Source: Elusimicrobiota bacterium (GTDB lineage: Bacteria > Elusimicrobiota > UBA8919). From it: DNA of 31,410 bases. The stretch spans positions 1-31,410 of the forward strand of contig JBDRIG010000002.1 of NCBI GenBank assembly GCA_043816185.1, read 5' to 3'. Shown piece by piece: positions 1 to 9,170 of this stretch. The translations under genes and the position numbers were made by a program. The notes under the pieces were generated by a model that was given only the letters and a program-made list of their open reading frames with translations, had not been told where the DNA came from and did not search any database. Numbering within the stretch: the stretch's first letter is position 1; every line of letters starts with the position of its first letter.

Positions 1-2
1 TC

Positions 3-158
3 TTCGAACCACTATATACGACAAAAACAAAAGGGATTGGATTGGGGCTCACTATTGTAAAAGATGTTGTCGATGCGCATAACGGAAAATTAGTAATTAA
101 TAGCGAAGAAAATAAAGGAACCGAATTTACAATAGTTTTGAATGCAAAAGGATTATAA
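3..158 (+). CDS. C-terminal fragment of a sensor histidine kinase (HATPase_c), truncated by the window start
   Basis: Frame from base 3 reads FEPLYTTKTKGIGLGLTIVKDVVDAHNGKLVINSEENKGTEFTIVLNAKGL*, containing the F box, the G2 box (GxGLGL) and the GTxF terminal strand. Confidence 0.9.
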   Translation, partial: FEPLYTTKTKGIGLGLTIVKDVVDAHNGKLVINSEENKGTEFTIVLNAKGL

Positions 159-255
159 ATAGTATCGTGCTGTCTGGCGTAGGTTGATATTTAGCGAACT
201 TATTTCATTTCACAGAATTACCACTGCATCCTATCTCATGACATGGAGACCAACA

Positions 256-1404
256 ATGAACAATGATGTTGTTAAGGGTAACATACTGATAGTTGATGAT
301 GAAAAGAATTTGAGAGATACTTTATCGGCAGCACTTATGATGGAAGGATATAGTGTTTGTGTACTGGAAAATGGTTATAAAGCAATACAAAAAGTTAAAG
401 AAGAATCGTTTGATGCAGCGTTGATAGATATAAAAATGCCTGGTATAAATGGTGTTGATACATTTAGAGAAATTAAAAAAATATCACCAGAGACGGTGGT
501 AATTATGATGACCGCTTATGCAGTGGAGAGCTTGATACAACAGGCATTAAACGAAGGTGCATATATCTGTGTCAATAAACCTTTTGATGTTGAAGAAATT
601 ATTGCTGAAATGAAAAAGATACAGCAAAAAACGATAGTTTTGGTGGTAGACGATGATGTAAATATTAACGAACTTCTTACCTTAAGATTATCGGAAAAAG
701 GATGCAAGGTTGTTTCTGTGCTTAGTGGTATTGAAGCAGAAAAAATGATAACAAGACGACCGTTTGATGTAGTCTTGTTGGATATAGTTATGCCGGAAAT
801 GGATGGTATAGAAACATTAAAAAAGATTAAAGGAGCTATGAAAGAAAAGTGTCCTAAGATTTTTTTGATGAGTTCTTATGATGCAAAAAGTAAAATAGAC
901 GAAGGGTTAGCACTTGGGGCAAAAAAGTTTTTTAAAAAACCATTGAATATTGAAAAGTTAGACAACGACATCAAACAGGTTTTACGAGAGTGTAAAGATG
1001 CACCGGTACGTATATTAGTAGCGGATGACGATACTTCTATTAGCAGTACTTTATCGGCAATATTAAAAGAAAAAGGATATGATGTAGAAGTGGCAAGCAC
1101 TGGAGAAGATACAATCAAAAAACTACAAATTGGTGATTGGAAGTTAGTAATTTTAGACGTAAAGTTGCCCGATATTAATGGTTTAGAATTAAGCGAAAAA
1201 ATAAAAAAAATAAAACCTGATACAAAAATAATAATGATTACAGGATTTTCTAATGAAAAAGATATTATAGAGGCAGTTAAAAAAGAAGGTTTTACGTGTA
1301 TGTATAAACCGTTCAATCCAGAAGATTTGGTGTGTGCAATAAAAAAAATTGTTGAAAAAAAAGGGGGGGGGGAGGAAAATGGTAAAAAAAATATTAATTG
1401 TTGA
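256..1404 (+). CDS. Response regulator made of three tandem receiver domains, no output domain
   Basis: Three REC repeats (ILIVDDE..LIDIKMP..KPF; VLVVDDD..LLDIVMP..KPL; ILVADDD..ILDVKLP..KPF). ATG 256 chosen because GGAG lies at 245-248. Confidence 0.9.
   Translation: MNNDVVKGNILIVDDEKNLRDTLSAALMMEGYSVCVLENGYKAIQKVKEESFDAALIDIKMPGINGVDTFREIKKISPETVVIMMTAYAVESLIQQALNEGAYICVNKPFDVEEIIAEMKKIQQKTIVLVVDDDVNINELLTLRLSEKGCKVVSVLSGIEAEKMITRRPFDVVLLDIVMPEMDGIETLKKIKGAMKEKCPKIFLMSSYDAKSKIDEGLALGAKKFFKKPLNIEKLDNDIKQVLRECKDAPVRILVADDDTSISSTLSAILKEKGYDVEVASTGEDTIKKLQIGDWKLVILDVKLPDINGLELSEKIKKIKPDTKIIMITGFSNEKDIIEAVKKEGFTCMYKPFNPEDLVCAIKKIVEKKGGGEENGKKNINC
1355..1372 (+). repeat. A8-G10 homopolymer tract at the junction of the two triple-receiver genes
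   Basis: gttg aaaaaaaa gggggggggg aggaaaatg read directly. Confidence 0.9.
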
Positions 1405-2479
1405 CGATGAAATAGAATTCATAGGATTTTTGATCGATAGGCTCAAAGGATATGGTTACACAGTAGTTGCGGTTGATAGTGGTAAAAAAGCGGTTGCATT
1501 AGCAAAAAGTGGTTTCTATGATTTATTTTTAATTGATATTAATATGCCAGAAATGGATGGGTTAGAGGTTTTTGAAAAAATAAAAGAGGTAAGTGCACTA
1601 TCTTCTGTCGTGATGATGACTGCCGCCGCACCAGAATCTATGGTGAAAAAGGCACTCGAAAATGGCGCATTTGCTGTTGTCCATAAACCATATGAATTAA
1701 AAAAACTAATTCCTGTAATTGATGGAGCAATGAAAGAACCTACCGTTCTTATTATTGACGACAGTATCAGCGATAGAGAAAAATTGAAAAATATGCTTGT
1801 TGAAAAAAAATACAAAGTAGTAGTTGCTGAGGATGCAGAAACAGCACTAAAAATTCTGTCACAAGTTGAAATTGACATTGTATTTATTGATATAGTGATG
1901 CCGAATGAAGACGGATTTTCAGTATTAAAAAAAATCAAGAGTATTTATCCAAGCATAGGTGCTATCATGATGACCTCATATACTGACATAGAGTATACTG
2001 AGATTGCATTAAAAAGAGGTGCGTATACCTGTCTTCATAAGCCTTTGAATATAGAGACAATTGTAGGCATAACAGAAAAACTGCATCAAGATAGAATACA
2101 ATTACACAAAAAACTTCGATCGATTTTATTGGTGGAAGATGACATTGCTATTGCACAATCGTTGAAAGATGTGTTGCAATCTGAAGAATATAAAGTTCAA
2201 TGCGTGGCAACTGGTGCAGATGCAATAGCTGAAAGCAAAAAGGCAATGTATTCGGCCGTAATTATAGATTTTAAGTTGCCAGATATGACAGGAATTGAGG
2301 TAACCAAGAAAATTAAAGAAATCAATCATGATATTACAATAATTGTCATAACAGGATACGAAGACATAGAAATACTACTGAGTGCCTTAAAAGAACACGT
2401 GTTCGATTTTTTTATAAAACCTATTGACCCACAAAAACTTATTGAAAGTTTAATGAGGGCAGAACTGCTTAAATCATAG
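1379..2479 (+). CDS. Second triple-receiver response regulator, paralogous to the upstream gene
   Basis: MVKKILIVDDE..LIDINMP..KPY; VLIIDDS..FIDIVMP..KPL; ILLVEDD..IIDFKLP..KPI. ATG 1379 follows G-run/GGAGG. Confidence 0.9.
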   Translation: MVKKILIVDDEIEFIGFLIDRLKGYGYTVVAVDSGKKAVALAKSGFYDLFLIDINMPEMDGLEVFEKIKEVSALSSVVMMTAAAPESMVKKALENGAFAVVHKPYELKKLIPVIDGAMKEPTVLIIDDSISDREKLKNMLVEKKYKVVVAEDAETALKILSQVEIDIVFIDIVMPNEDGFSVLKKIKSIYPSIGAIMMTSYTDIEYTEIALKRGAYTCLHKPLNIETIVGITEKLHQDRIQLHKKLRSILLVEDDIAIAQSLKDVLQSEEYKVQCVATGADAIAESKKAMYSAVIIDFKLPDMTGIEVTKKIKEINHDITIIVITGYEDIEILLSALKEHVFDFFIKPIDPQKLIESLMRAELLKS

Positions 2480-2514
2480 GTTACAGGTCTTCCGAATATT
2501 GTGAGGATAAAAAT

Positions 2515-2946
2515 ATGGGTTTATTGATTTATTCTTCTTATCAATTAAGAGTACTGATTGTGGAAGATGAAAAAAATATAGGCGAGTTGTATAAAGACAA
2601 ACTAATGGATTTGGGATACGAGGTTGATGTGGCAGAAACAGGACTTTCGGCAATTGATTATATGAAAAACACAAAACCAGATTTGGTTATATTAGATGTT
2701 AATTTGCCCGATATAAACGGTGTGAAAGTTTTACAGCAGTTAAAACATATATATCCAAATATGCCTGTGATAATGTACACAGCTTATGGTCAATTTGAAG
2801 AGTACTATGCAAAATTTACAGATAAAGAGATAGAATTTTACAGTTATCTTACAAAACCTGTCAAACTTGACAAACTTGTAATTGAGGTGAAAAAAGCAAT
2901 CGGCGAACCTTGTTTTCGCGAGCAGAATGAGAAAAAGGTTGAATAA
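2515..2946 (+). CDS. Single-domain (CheY-like) response regulator
   Basis: VLIVEDE, ILDVNLP, MYTAY, LTKPV motifs; exact start uncertain. Confidence 0.88.
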   Translation: MGLLIYSSYQLRVLIVEDEKNIGELYKDKLMDLGYEVDVAETGLSAIDYMKNTKPDLVILDVNLPDINGVKVLQQLKHIYPNMPVIMYTAYGQFEEYYAKFTDKEIEFYSYLTKPVKLDKLVIEVKKAIGEPCFREQNEKKVE

Positions 2947-2949
2947 AAA

Positions 2950-4317
2950 ATGAACAAAATATTAATTATAGACGATGATGAAAATATTCAGATATCACTA
3001 ACAAATCTCTTCAAAATTAAAAACTATAATCCTAAGGTTGTTGGAACCGCCCAATCTGCGTTAGAGGAATTAAGAAAGTGTAGTTATGATGTTGTATTTT
3101 TGGATATTCATCTTCCAGATAAAGATGGACTAACCTGTCTTGAAAAGATAAAGGAAATAGATGAGTATATTCCAGTTGTGATTCTAACTGCATACGGCGA
3201 TGTAAGGCAAGCAGTAAAAGCAATGAAATTAGGTGCATTTGATTATTTAACTAAACCAGTTCCTAACGAAGAACTTATTTTAAGTGTTGAAAGGGTGCTT
3301 AGAGAAAGATCTATTCAGAGGGAGTTGTATTATTTAAGACAAAAAAATACTGTTTTAGATAAGGAATTTATCTGCGAAAGTGATGTAATGAAAAAATTGG
3401 TTGCCGACGCAACGAAGATTGCTAAAACCAATTACAATGTTTTAATAACTGGCGAAACTGGTGTTGGCAAGGAAGTTCTGGCTAATATTATCTACAAAAA
3501 TTCTGATCGTAAAGATAATGTTTTTGTTGTAATTGATTGTGGCGCTTTTCCAGAAACATTGATTGCATCAGAATTATTTGGTTATGAAAAAGGAGCATTT
3601 ACAGATGCTACCAAAAAAACATTAGGAAAAGTAGAATTGGCTGATGGGGGAACACTTTTTCTTGATGAAATTTCCAATTTATCGTTAGATTTACAAGCAA
3701 AGTTTTTGCGTGTTATAGAACGAAGAAACTTTTATCGAGTAGGAGGTACATCTTTAATAGAAGTAGATGTGAGATTTATTACCGCCAGCAATGTTTCGTT
3801 TGAAGAATTGGTGAGCAAAAATAAATTTCGTAAAGATCTATACTATAGATTAAATGAATACAAAATTGTGGTTCCTCCTTTAAGAGAACGTTTTGACGAT
3901 ATAATTCCACTAGCCAAATATTTTTTACAAAAATCGAGCCATGAATTAGGTAGATCCGCAAAAGAATTATCAAAAGAAGCAGAAAAATTATTATTAAACT
4001 ATCAATGGCCCGGCAACGTTAGAGAGTTGTATAATGTAATAAAAATAGTTTCTTTTTTTGCTAAAGAAATTATTGAGGTAGAAGATTTACAGAAAGTGCT
4101 ATCTACGGGACTGAATAATTCTGCTGCTTTTGGAGACAACTTGGACAATCAACAAGAATTAGAAAGTCTTAATTTAAATCAGAATACTGAAAATATTGAA
4201 AAAAAAATAATTGAACGTGCGCTACAAAAGACAGGTTATAATAAATACAAGACGGCAGATTTGATAGGTATAAGTCGTAAGACGTTGTACGATAAGATAA
4301 AAAAATACGGTATTTAG
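2950..4317 (+). CDS. Sigma-54-dependent NtrC/AtoC-family response regulator (REC-AAA+-Fis HTH)
   Basis: N-terminal REC; Walker A GETGVGKE; ELFGYEKGAFTDA; GGTLFLDEI; FRKDLYYRL; WPGNVREL; C-terminal TADLIGISRKTLYDK. Confidence 0.95.
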   Translation: MNKILIIDDDENIQISLTNLFKIKNYNPKVVGTAQSALEELRKCSYDVVFLDIHLPDKDGLTCLEKIKEIDEYIPVVILTAYGDVRQAVKAMKLGAFDYLTKPVPNEELILSVERVLRERSIQRELYYLRQKNTVLDKEFICESDVMKKLVADATKIAKTNYNVLITGETGVGKEVLANIIYKNSDRKDNVFVVIDCGAFPETLIASELFGYEKGAFTDATKKTLGKVELADGGTLFLDEISNLSLDLQAKFLRVIERRNFYRVGGTSLIEVDVRFITASNVSFEELVSKNKFRKDLYYRLNEYKIVVPPLRERFDDIIPLAKYFLQKSSHELGRSAKELSKEAEKLLLNYQWPGNVRELYNVIKIVSFFAKEIIEVEDLQKVLSTGLNNSAAFGDNLDNQQELESLNLNQNTENIEKKIIERALQKTGYNKYKTADLIGISRKTLYDKIKKYGI

Positions 4318-4492
4318 CACTACTTCGTTAGGTTCAGTTCGTCATTCAGACTGTGTCGCAATGAGCTAAAAAGTTGCATTTTTATAGAAGATAGTAACTG
4401 ATGGTAAAATATGGTACTGCAATCCAACACTAGATGGTAAAAGATGGATTGCGACACAGTCTGATTGCGAGGGCGAAGCCCGAAGCAATCTC
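4318..4492 (+). repeat. REP-like palindromic repeat (GTCATTGCGAG...GAAGCAATCTC type) interrupted by a MITE-like element
   Basis: 4318-4346 matches 20893-20921 at 25/29 nt; the repeat resumes at 4464 as attgcgagggcgaagcccgaagcaatctc. Confidence 0.75.
4347..4463. mobile_element. MITE-like element copy 1 (117 bp)
   Basis: Perfect 16-bp terminal inverted repeats CAGACTGTGTCGCAAT (4347-4362) / ATTGCGACACAGTCTG (4448-4463), flanked by direct ATT. Confidence 0.8.
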
Positions 4493-4619
4493 GTCTTCAA
4501 CATATGGGATTACCACGGTGGTTGGCACAAGCCGACGAGTTTAGTGAATTTATTTTGCTTTGTGGGATTGCCAATGCTGTTCTTTAATCTCTTAGCCCTA
4601 TTTTAGTGGAGGTACAAAA

Positions 4620-6113
4620 ATGAGTATAAAATTAAAATTCACATTTTTTATTTTTGCTGTTCTGATTTTGGTTGTTATGACAATTTCTTTAGGTATATTT
4701 TTTGTACAAAGAGATTTGTTAGAAGAACAATTTAGTCGTAATCGCGAAAAAATATTTAAGGATTTCTGTTATAGTTGTAACGAAGCATTGATTGTTAAAG
4801 ATGAATTGTTGGTATTGAATATATTAAAATCACTCATGGAAACCCATAAACCTCAAATTGTTTATGCTGGGTATATTTCTCCAATTAATGTGAAACTTTT
4901 TAAGGCACGAGACGAAAGTGGAGAATTTAGTTTTGCACATAGAATATCCCCTGTCAAAAAACAAGCAGTAGAAATTTTTACTTCCTCAGACAAAGAGGAA
5001 ATTTATGAATTTAGCCAGTTGCTTGAAGAAAAAGATTCATGCTTAGGCACAATAAAAATGGGTTTTTCGCAGAGTTATCTCGATAGTCAGGTTAAGCAAT
5101 CAACATTATCGGTTACAAAAAAAATATTTAACATATCTATTCTATCATTAATTATAAGTTTAATTCTTGCCTATATCTTGGCGATTTATTTAGTTCACCC
5201 AATAAAAAAACTTTCTGCTGTAGCGTTAGAGTTAGGTTCGGGAAACTTAAATGCTAGAACTGAAATTGAAAGAAATGATGAAGTTGGGCAACTTGCTAAA
5301 ACATTTGATGAAATGGCAGAAAAGTTAAAACAATTAGATGAGCTAAAAGATAGTTTTGTTTCCAGTGTTTCGCACGAGTTGCGTTCTCCACTTTCTGCTA
5401 TCGATGGATATGTCGATTATTTAAATGATGGTGTCGAGAAATTGCCATTAGAAAAGCAAAAAAAAGCATTAACAATAATTAAAGATTCTATAGGTCGTCT
5501 GACGGTTTTTATAAATAACATACTTGATATTGCAAAAATAAAGGCCGGTAAATTCGATATGCATAAAATACCTATTAAAGCAAAAGATACAATCAGTGAA
5601 ATCGTTTCACTTTTTGAACAAATGGTGATTAAACAACAAAAAACGATTGAGATTGTAGTTCAAGAAAATCTACCTTTAATATGTGCAGACCATGAAAAAA
5701 TAAAGCAAGTTATCATTAATCTTTTGGGTAATGCGATGAAATTTACAGAAACTGGTGCCAAAATAACAGTTGCTGCAAATTTAGTAACTGCGAAAGCATT
5801 AACCACTTACAAGTTAAAAAAAGAAGACGAAAACTCGATTAAAGACATTACGGGCAATTTTGTTGAATTCAGGGTTTCTGATACTGGTTATGGTATGCCC
5901 GAAAATGAATTAGATAAAATATTTGACAAATTTTATCAAGTTGGTAGCACGACACCTAAAAAACCTAAAGGAACTGGGCTTGGACTTTCAATTGCCGCCG
6001 AAATAGTTAAACTTCACGGTGGCGTAATAGGGGTTGAGAGTGAATTAAGTAAGGGTTCAACATTTAAGTTTGTAATTCCTGTGTACAAAATGCCAGAACG
6101 GACTGCATCGTAA
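4620..6113 (+). CDS. Membrane sensor histidine kinase (2 TM, HAMP, HisKA, HATPase_c)
   Basis: Two hydrophobic segments; HAMP (PIKKL..DEVGQLAKTFDEM); H-box SVSHELRSPL; N-box NLLGNAMKF; DTGYG; GTGLGL. Confidence 0.95.
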   Translation: MSIKLKFTFFIFAVLILVVMTISLGIFFVQRDLLEEQFSRNREKIFKDFCYSCNEALIVKDELLVLNILKSLMETHKPQIVYAGYISPINVKLFKARDESGEFSFAHRISPVKKQAVEIFTSSDKEEIYEFSQLLEEKDSCLGTIKMGFSQSYLDSQVKQSTLSVTKKIFNISILSLIISLILAYILAIYLVHPIKKLSAVALELGSGNLNARTEIERNDEVGQLAKTFDEMAEKLKQLDELKDSFVSSVSHELRSPLSAIDGYVDYLNDGVEKLPLEKQKKALTIIKDSIGRLTVFINNILDIAKIKAGKFDMHKIPIKAKDTISEIVSLFEQMVIKQQKTIEIVVQENLPLICADHEKIKQVIINLLGNAMKFTETGAKITVAANLVTAKALTTYKLKKEDENSIKDITGNFVEFRVSDTGYGMPENELDKIFDKFYQVGSTTPKKPKGTGLGLSIAAEIVKLHGGVIGVESELSKGSTFKFVIPVYKMPERTAS

Positions 6114-6175
6114 GAAGGCAATATTGTGAGTTTATTAAATCCATCTTTGGCATATGGCAATCTCAAACAAAAAAA

Positions 6176-7108
6176 ATGATAAAAAATAAAAAAGTTTTAG
6201 TAATTGAAGATGACTACTCAATCCGGGAAATGTTGAAGGATATTCTTATTGAGACAGGTTTTGATGTTGTAAGTGCAACCAATGGTAGAGAGGGAATTAA
6301 AGAAATATATCAGGAATGTCCTGATGTTGTTCTACTTGATTGTATGATGCCTGAAATGAATGGTTATGAGGTTGTTGAGACTATAAGAAAAGATCAACTG
6401 TTTGTTAATTTGCCGATGATTATGTTAACAGCAAATTCATCAGAAGCGGATCAAGTAAAAGGTATCCAACTCGGTGTTGATGACTATATGACTAAACCAT
6501 TTAGTAGACAAATACTGATTGCAAAAATAAAAACAATGCTAAATAGGAAGGAAATCAGTATAAACGCAAACCCACTTACACAGTTGCCTGGAAATGTCCT
6601 TATCTACAAGGAAGTGCACGAAAGATTAAACGGAAAAATACCATTCGCTTTTTTTTATATTGATTTAGCAAATTTCAAAAGTTATAATGATTATTATGGA
6701 TTTCAAAAAGGTGATGAGATAATAAAACATACCGCCGATATCTTAGTTTCCACAGTAAAAAAATATGGCGAAAATAATGATTTTGTGGGTCATATAGGTG
6801 GCGACGATTTTGTTGTTATATCGACTTCGGAAAAGTATAGAGAAATTGCAGAAAAAATAATAGAACAATTCGATAATTCTATCAAGAATTTTTATAGTCA
6901 AAAGGATTATGAGAATAGTTATATTGTTACTACGGATAGACAAGATAATTTACAAAAATTTTTTATAATGACAATCGCTATTGCTTGCGTTTCCACATTA
7001 AAAACTAAGATTATACATTATGGCCAGCTAAGCGAAATTGCCGTACAATTAAAAAAATATGCAAAACAATTTAATAAAAGTGCTTTTATGGAGGAGCAAA
7101 GAAAATGA
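6176..7108 (+). CDS. Response regulator with GGDEF (diguanylate cyclase-like) domain
   Basis: REC (LLDCMMP, KPF) then NPLTQLPGN, IDLANFKSYNDYYGFQKGD and HIGGDDF. Confidence 0.9.
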   Translation: MIKNKKVLVIEDDYSIREMLKDILIETGFDVVSATNGREGIKEIYQECPDVVLLDCMMPEMNGYEVVETIRKDQLFVNLPMIMLTANSSEADQVKGIQLGVDDYMTKPFSRQILIAKIKTMLNRKEISINANPLTQLPGNVLIYKEVHERLNGKIPFAFFYIDLANFKSYNDYYGFQKGDEIIKHTADILVSTVKKYGENNDFVGHIGGDDFVVISTSEKYREIAEKIIEQFDNSIKNFYSQKDYENSYIVTTDRQDNLQKFFIMTIAIACVSTLKTKIIHYGQLSEIAVQLKKYAKQFNKSAFMEEQRK

Positions 7109-7791
7109 TGAGAGAATATAAAATATTAGCAATTGATGACGATGAAAACATTTTGTCTTTAGTATGTGACATATTAGAGAAGGAAGATTATATTGTTATT
7201 ACTGCTACCAATACGGATGATGGTTATAAAAAAGCAATAAGTTCACATCCAGATTTGATAATGTTAGATATAAAGATGCCTAAAATTGGTGGGATTGAAT
7301 TGTGCAGATTGCTTAGACAAGATCCAATAACAAAAATAATACCGATAATTATGCTTACCGTAGAATCAATGGAAGTAGATAAAATTATAGGGTTTGGAAT
7401 AGGTGCAGATGATTATATTACAAAACCTTTTAGTTCAAAAGAGTTTGTAGCAAGAGTTCGTTCTTTACTTAGGAGAAGTGTGTGTTCCAAAGAATCGCCA
7501 GAAGTAATAAAATCTGACAATCTTGAGATAAATACTATCTCAAAAACAGTTAAGATAAATAAAAAGGAGATCCATCTAAGGCCAAAAGAGTTTGACTTAT
7601 TGATTTTTTTTATAAGGAAACACAATATGGTATTGACAAGGCAACAATTGTTAGAGAGTGTATTTGGTTATAATGTTCCAGTACCTTCAAGGACGGTTGA
7701 TACCCACGTAAAGAATTTACGTCATAAATTAGGTTCTTTTGGTAAAAAAATAAAAACCATATTTGGGTTCGGATTTAAGTTTGTTCCATAA
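7105..7791 (+). CDS. OmpR/PhoB-family DNA-binding response regulator
   Basis: REC (MLDIKMP, GADDYITKPF) plus winged helix (LRPKEFDLL, RTVDTHVKNLRHKL, TIFGFGFKF); ATGA overlap with previous gene. Confidence 0.95.
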   Translation: MMREYKILAIDDDENILSLVCDILEKEDYIVITATNTDDGYKKAISSHPDLIMLDIKMPKIGGIELCRLLRQDPITKIIPIIMLTVESMEVDKIIGFGIGADDYITKPFSSKEFVARVRSLLRRSVCSKESPEVIKSDNLEINTISKTVKINKKEIHLRPKEFDLLIFFIRKHNMVLTRQQLLESVFGYNVPVPSRTVDTHVKNLRHKLGSFGKKIKTIFGFGFKFVP

Positions 7792-7796
7792 GTTAT

Positions 7797-7835
7797 CGAG
7801 ATTTAATCTCCGAGATTTAATTTCCGAGATTTAAT
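7797..7835 (+). repeat. Three direct repeats of CGAGATTTAAT with 14-bp period
   Basis: Copies start at 7797, 7811 and 7825. Confidence 0.85.
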
Positions 7836-7856
7836 CCTCGTAATTAAATAAAAAAA

Positions 7857-8324
7857 ATGAAAGTTGGGTTTGGTTATGATATTCATAAATTTACAGTTGA
7901 AAAACAACTTTTTTTAGGTGGAATAAAGATTCAATCTAAAAAAGGATTACTTGCTCACTCCGACGGCGATGTACTTCTGCACGCAATCTGCGATTCACTT
8001 CTGGGTGCCTCAAACCTCGGCGATATAGGACAGCACTTTCCGAACAGTGATAAAAAATATAAAAACATTTCCAGTTTAATTTTGCTTAAAAAAACGGTTG
8101 AATTGCTAAAAAAATTCAACTACAAAATAATAAATATTGACACGATGCTGGTTGCAGAAAAGCCAAAAATTTTTCCGTATATTGGAAAAATGAAAAAAGC
8201 AATTTCAAAAATTATTGGGACAAAAAATATAAGTATCAAAGCGACGACAAACGAAGGAGTAGGTGACATCGGCAAGGGCAAAGCAATCTGTGCCTATTCC
8301 GTGTGTTTGATTGAAAATGTATAA
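7857..8324 (+). CDS. ispF: 2-C-methyl-D-erythritol 2,4-cyclodiphosphate synthase
   Basis: GFGYDIH, HSDGDVLLHAICD, GDIGQHFP, IKATTNEG. Confidence 0.97.
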   Translation: MKVGFGYDIHKFTVEKQLFLGGIKIQSKKGLLAHSDGDVLLHAICDSLLGASNLGDIGQHFPNSDKKYKNISSLILLKKTVELLKKFNYKIINIDTMLVAEKPKIFPYIGKMKKAISKIIGTKNISIKATTNEGVGDIGKGKAICAYSVCLIENV

Positions 8325-8432
8325 AAAAAGAAAGAAAGAAAACTAAGTATAAAAGATAACGCTGTAAATTATCAGTCAGCAAAAACCATTAACGAATTTA
8401 TCAATAAAGTAATTGAAGGTGACTGCATTGAA

Positions 8433-9140
8433 GTGATGAAAACAATTCCCGACAATTCTGTTGATTTAATTTTTGCCGACCCGCCATTTAATATAGGTTT
8501 GAAATATGATAATTACAACGATAAAAGGAGTTATGAAGATTATTATAATTGGTCGGTATGTTGGATAAGGGAAACCTACAGAATATTAAAAAAAACTGGG
8601 ACAATATATATTGCGATAGGTGATGAATTTGCTGCTGAAATAAATTTAATTTTGAAAAAAATTGGTTTTAATTTCAGAAATTGGATAATTTGGTATTACA
8701 CTTTTGGACAGAATCAAAGAAAAAAATTTAATCGTTCTCACACACATATTTTATATTTTACAAAAGATAGAGAAAAATTTATATTTAACGATAAGGATGT
8801 AAGAATACCATCGGCAAGGCAACAGATATATCATGATAAAAGGGCACATCCTCTTGGCAAAGTACCTGATGATGTTTGGGAATTTGCGAGAGTTTGCGGT
8901 TCATTCAAGGAAAGAATCAGTAATCATCCTTGTCAAATGCCGGAAGCACTATTAGAAAGAATTATTAAAACAAGTTCAAATGCCGGCGATATTGTTTTAG
9001 ACCCGTTTGGTGGGACAGGAACCACAGTAGCCGTTGCAAAAAAATTAAAAAGAAATTATATTACGACAGAGATTTCTAAAAATTATTTTAATGTAATTAA
9101 AAAAAGATTGGAAGGCAGATTCGACAAAATTGCAGTTTAA
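8433..9140 (+). CDS. Orphan N4/N6 DNA methyltransferase, beta class; true N-terminus probably upstream of 8433
   Basis: Motif IV DPPF near the N-terminus, HPCQMP, motif I DPFGGTGT near the C-terminus; frame is open back to 8325 and includes NKVIEGDCIEV. Confidence 0.9.
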   Translation: MMKTIPDNSVDLIFADPPFNIGLKYDNYNDKRSYEDYYNWSVCWIRETYRILKKTGTIYIAIGDEFAAEINLILKKIGFNFRNWIIWYYTFGQNQRKKFNRSHTHILYFTKDREKFIFNDKDVRIPSARQQIYHDKRAHPLGKVPDDVWEFARVCGSFKERISNHPCQMPEALLERIIKTSSNAGDIVLDPFGGTGTTVAVAKKLKRNYITTEISKNYFNVIKKRLEGRFDKIAV

Positions 9141-9170
9141 GTTTAAACCTTGCGAATTATTTGAAATAAA

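Noticed and set aside
516..2329. Antisense and alternate-frame ORFs in the ORF track (also those within cysS, ppdK, PBP1A, tyrS and the RM genes)
   Set aside because: They lie within well-supported genes and show no recognisable motifs
3580..3612. GAFTDA instead of GAFTGA in the NtrC-type activator
   Set aside because: A common natural variant; not evidence of a novel function
4520..4545. Sigma-54 promoter (TTGGCAC) ahead of the HAMP kinase
   Set aside because: No TTGC -12 element at the required spacing; the same holds for TGGCAC near 14232
6781..6812. GGDDF variant of GGDEF
   Set aside because: Typical of this REC-GGDEF subfamily; activity cannot be judged from sequence
7797..7835. CRISPR array
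   Set aside because: Repeats are 11 bp with 3-bp spacers and no cas genes are present
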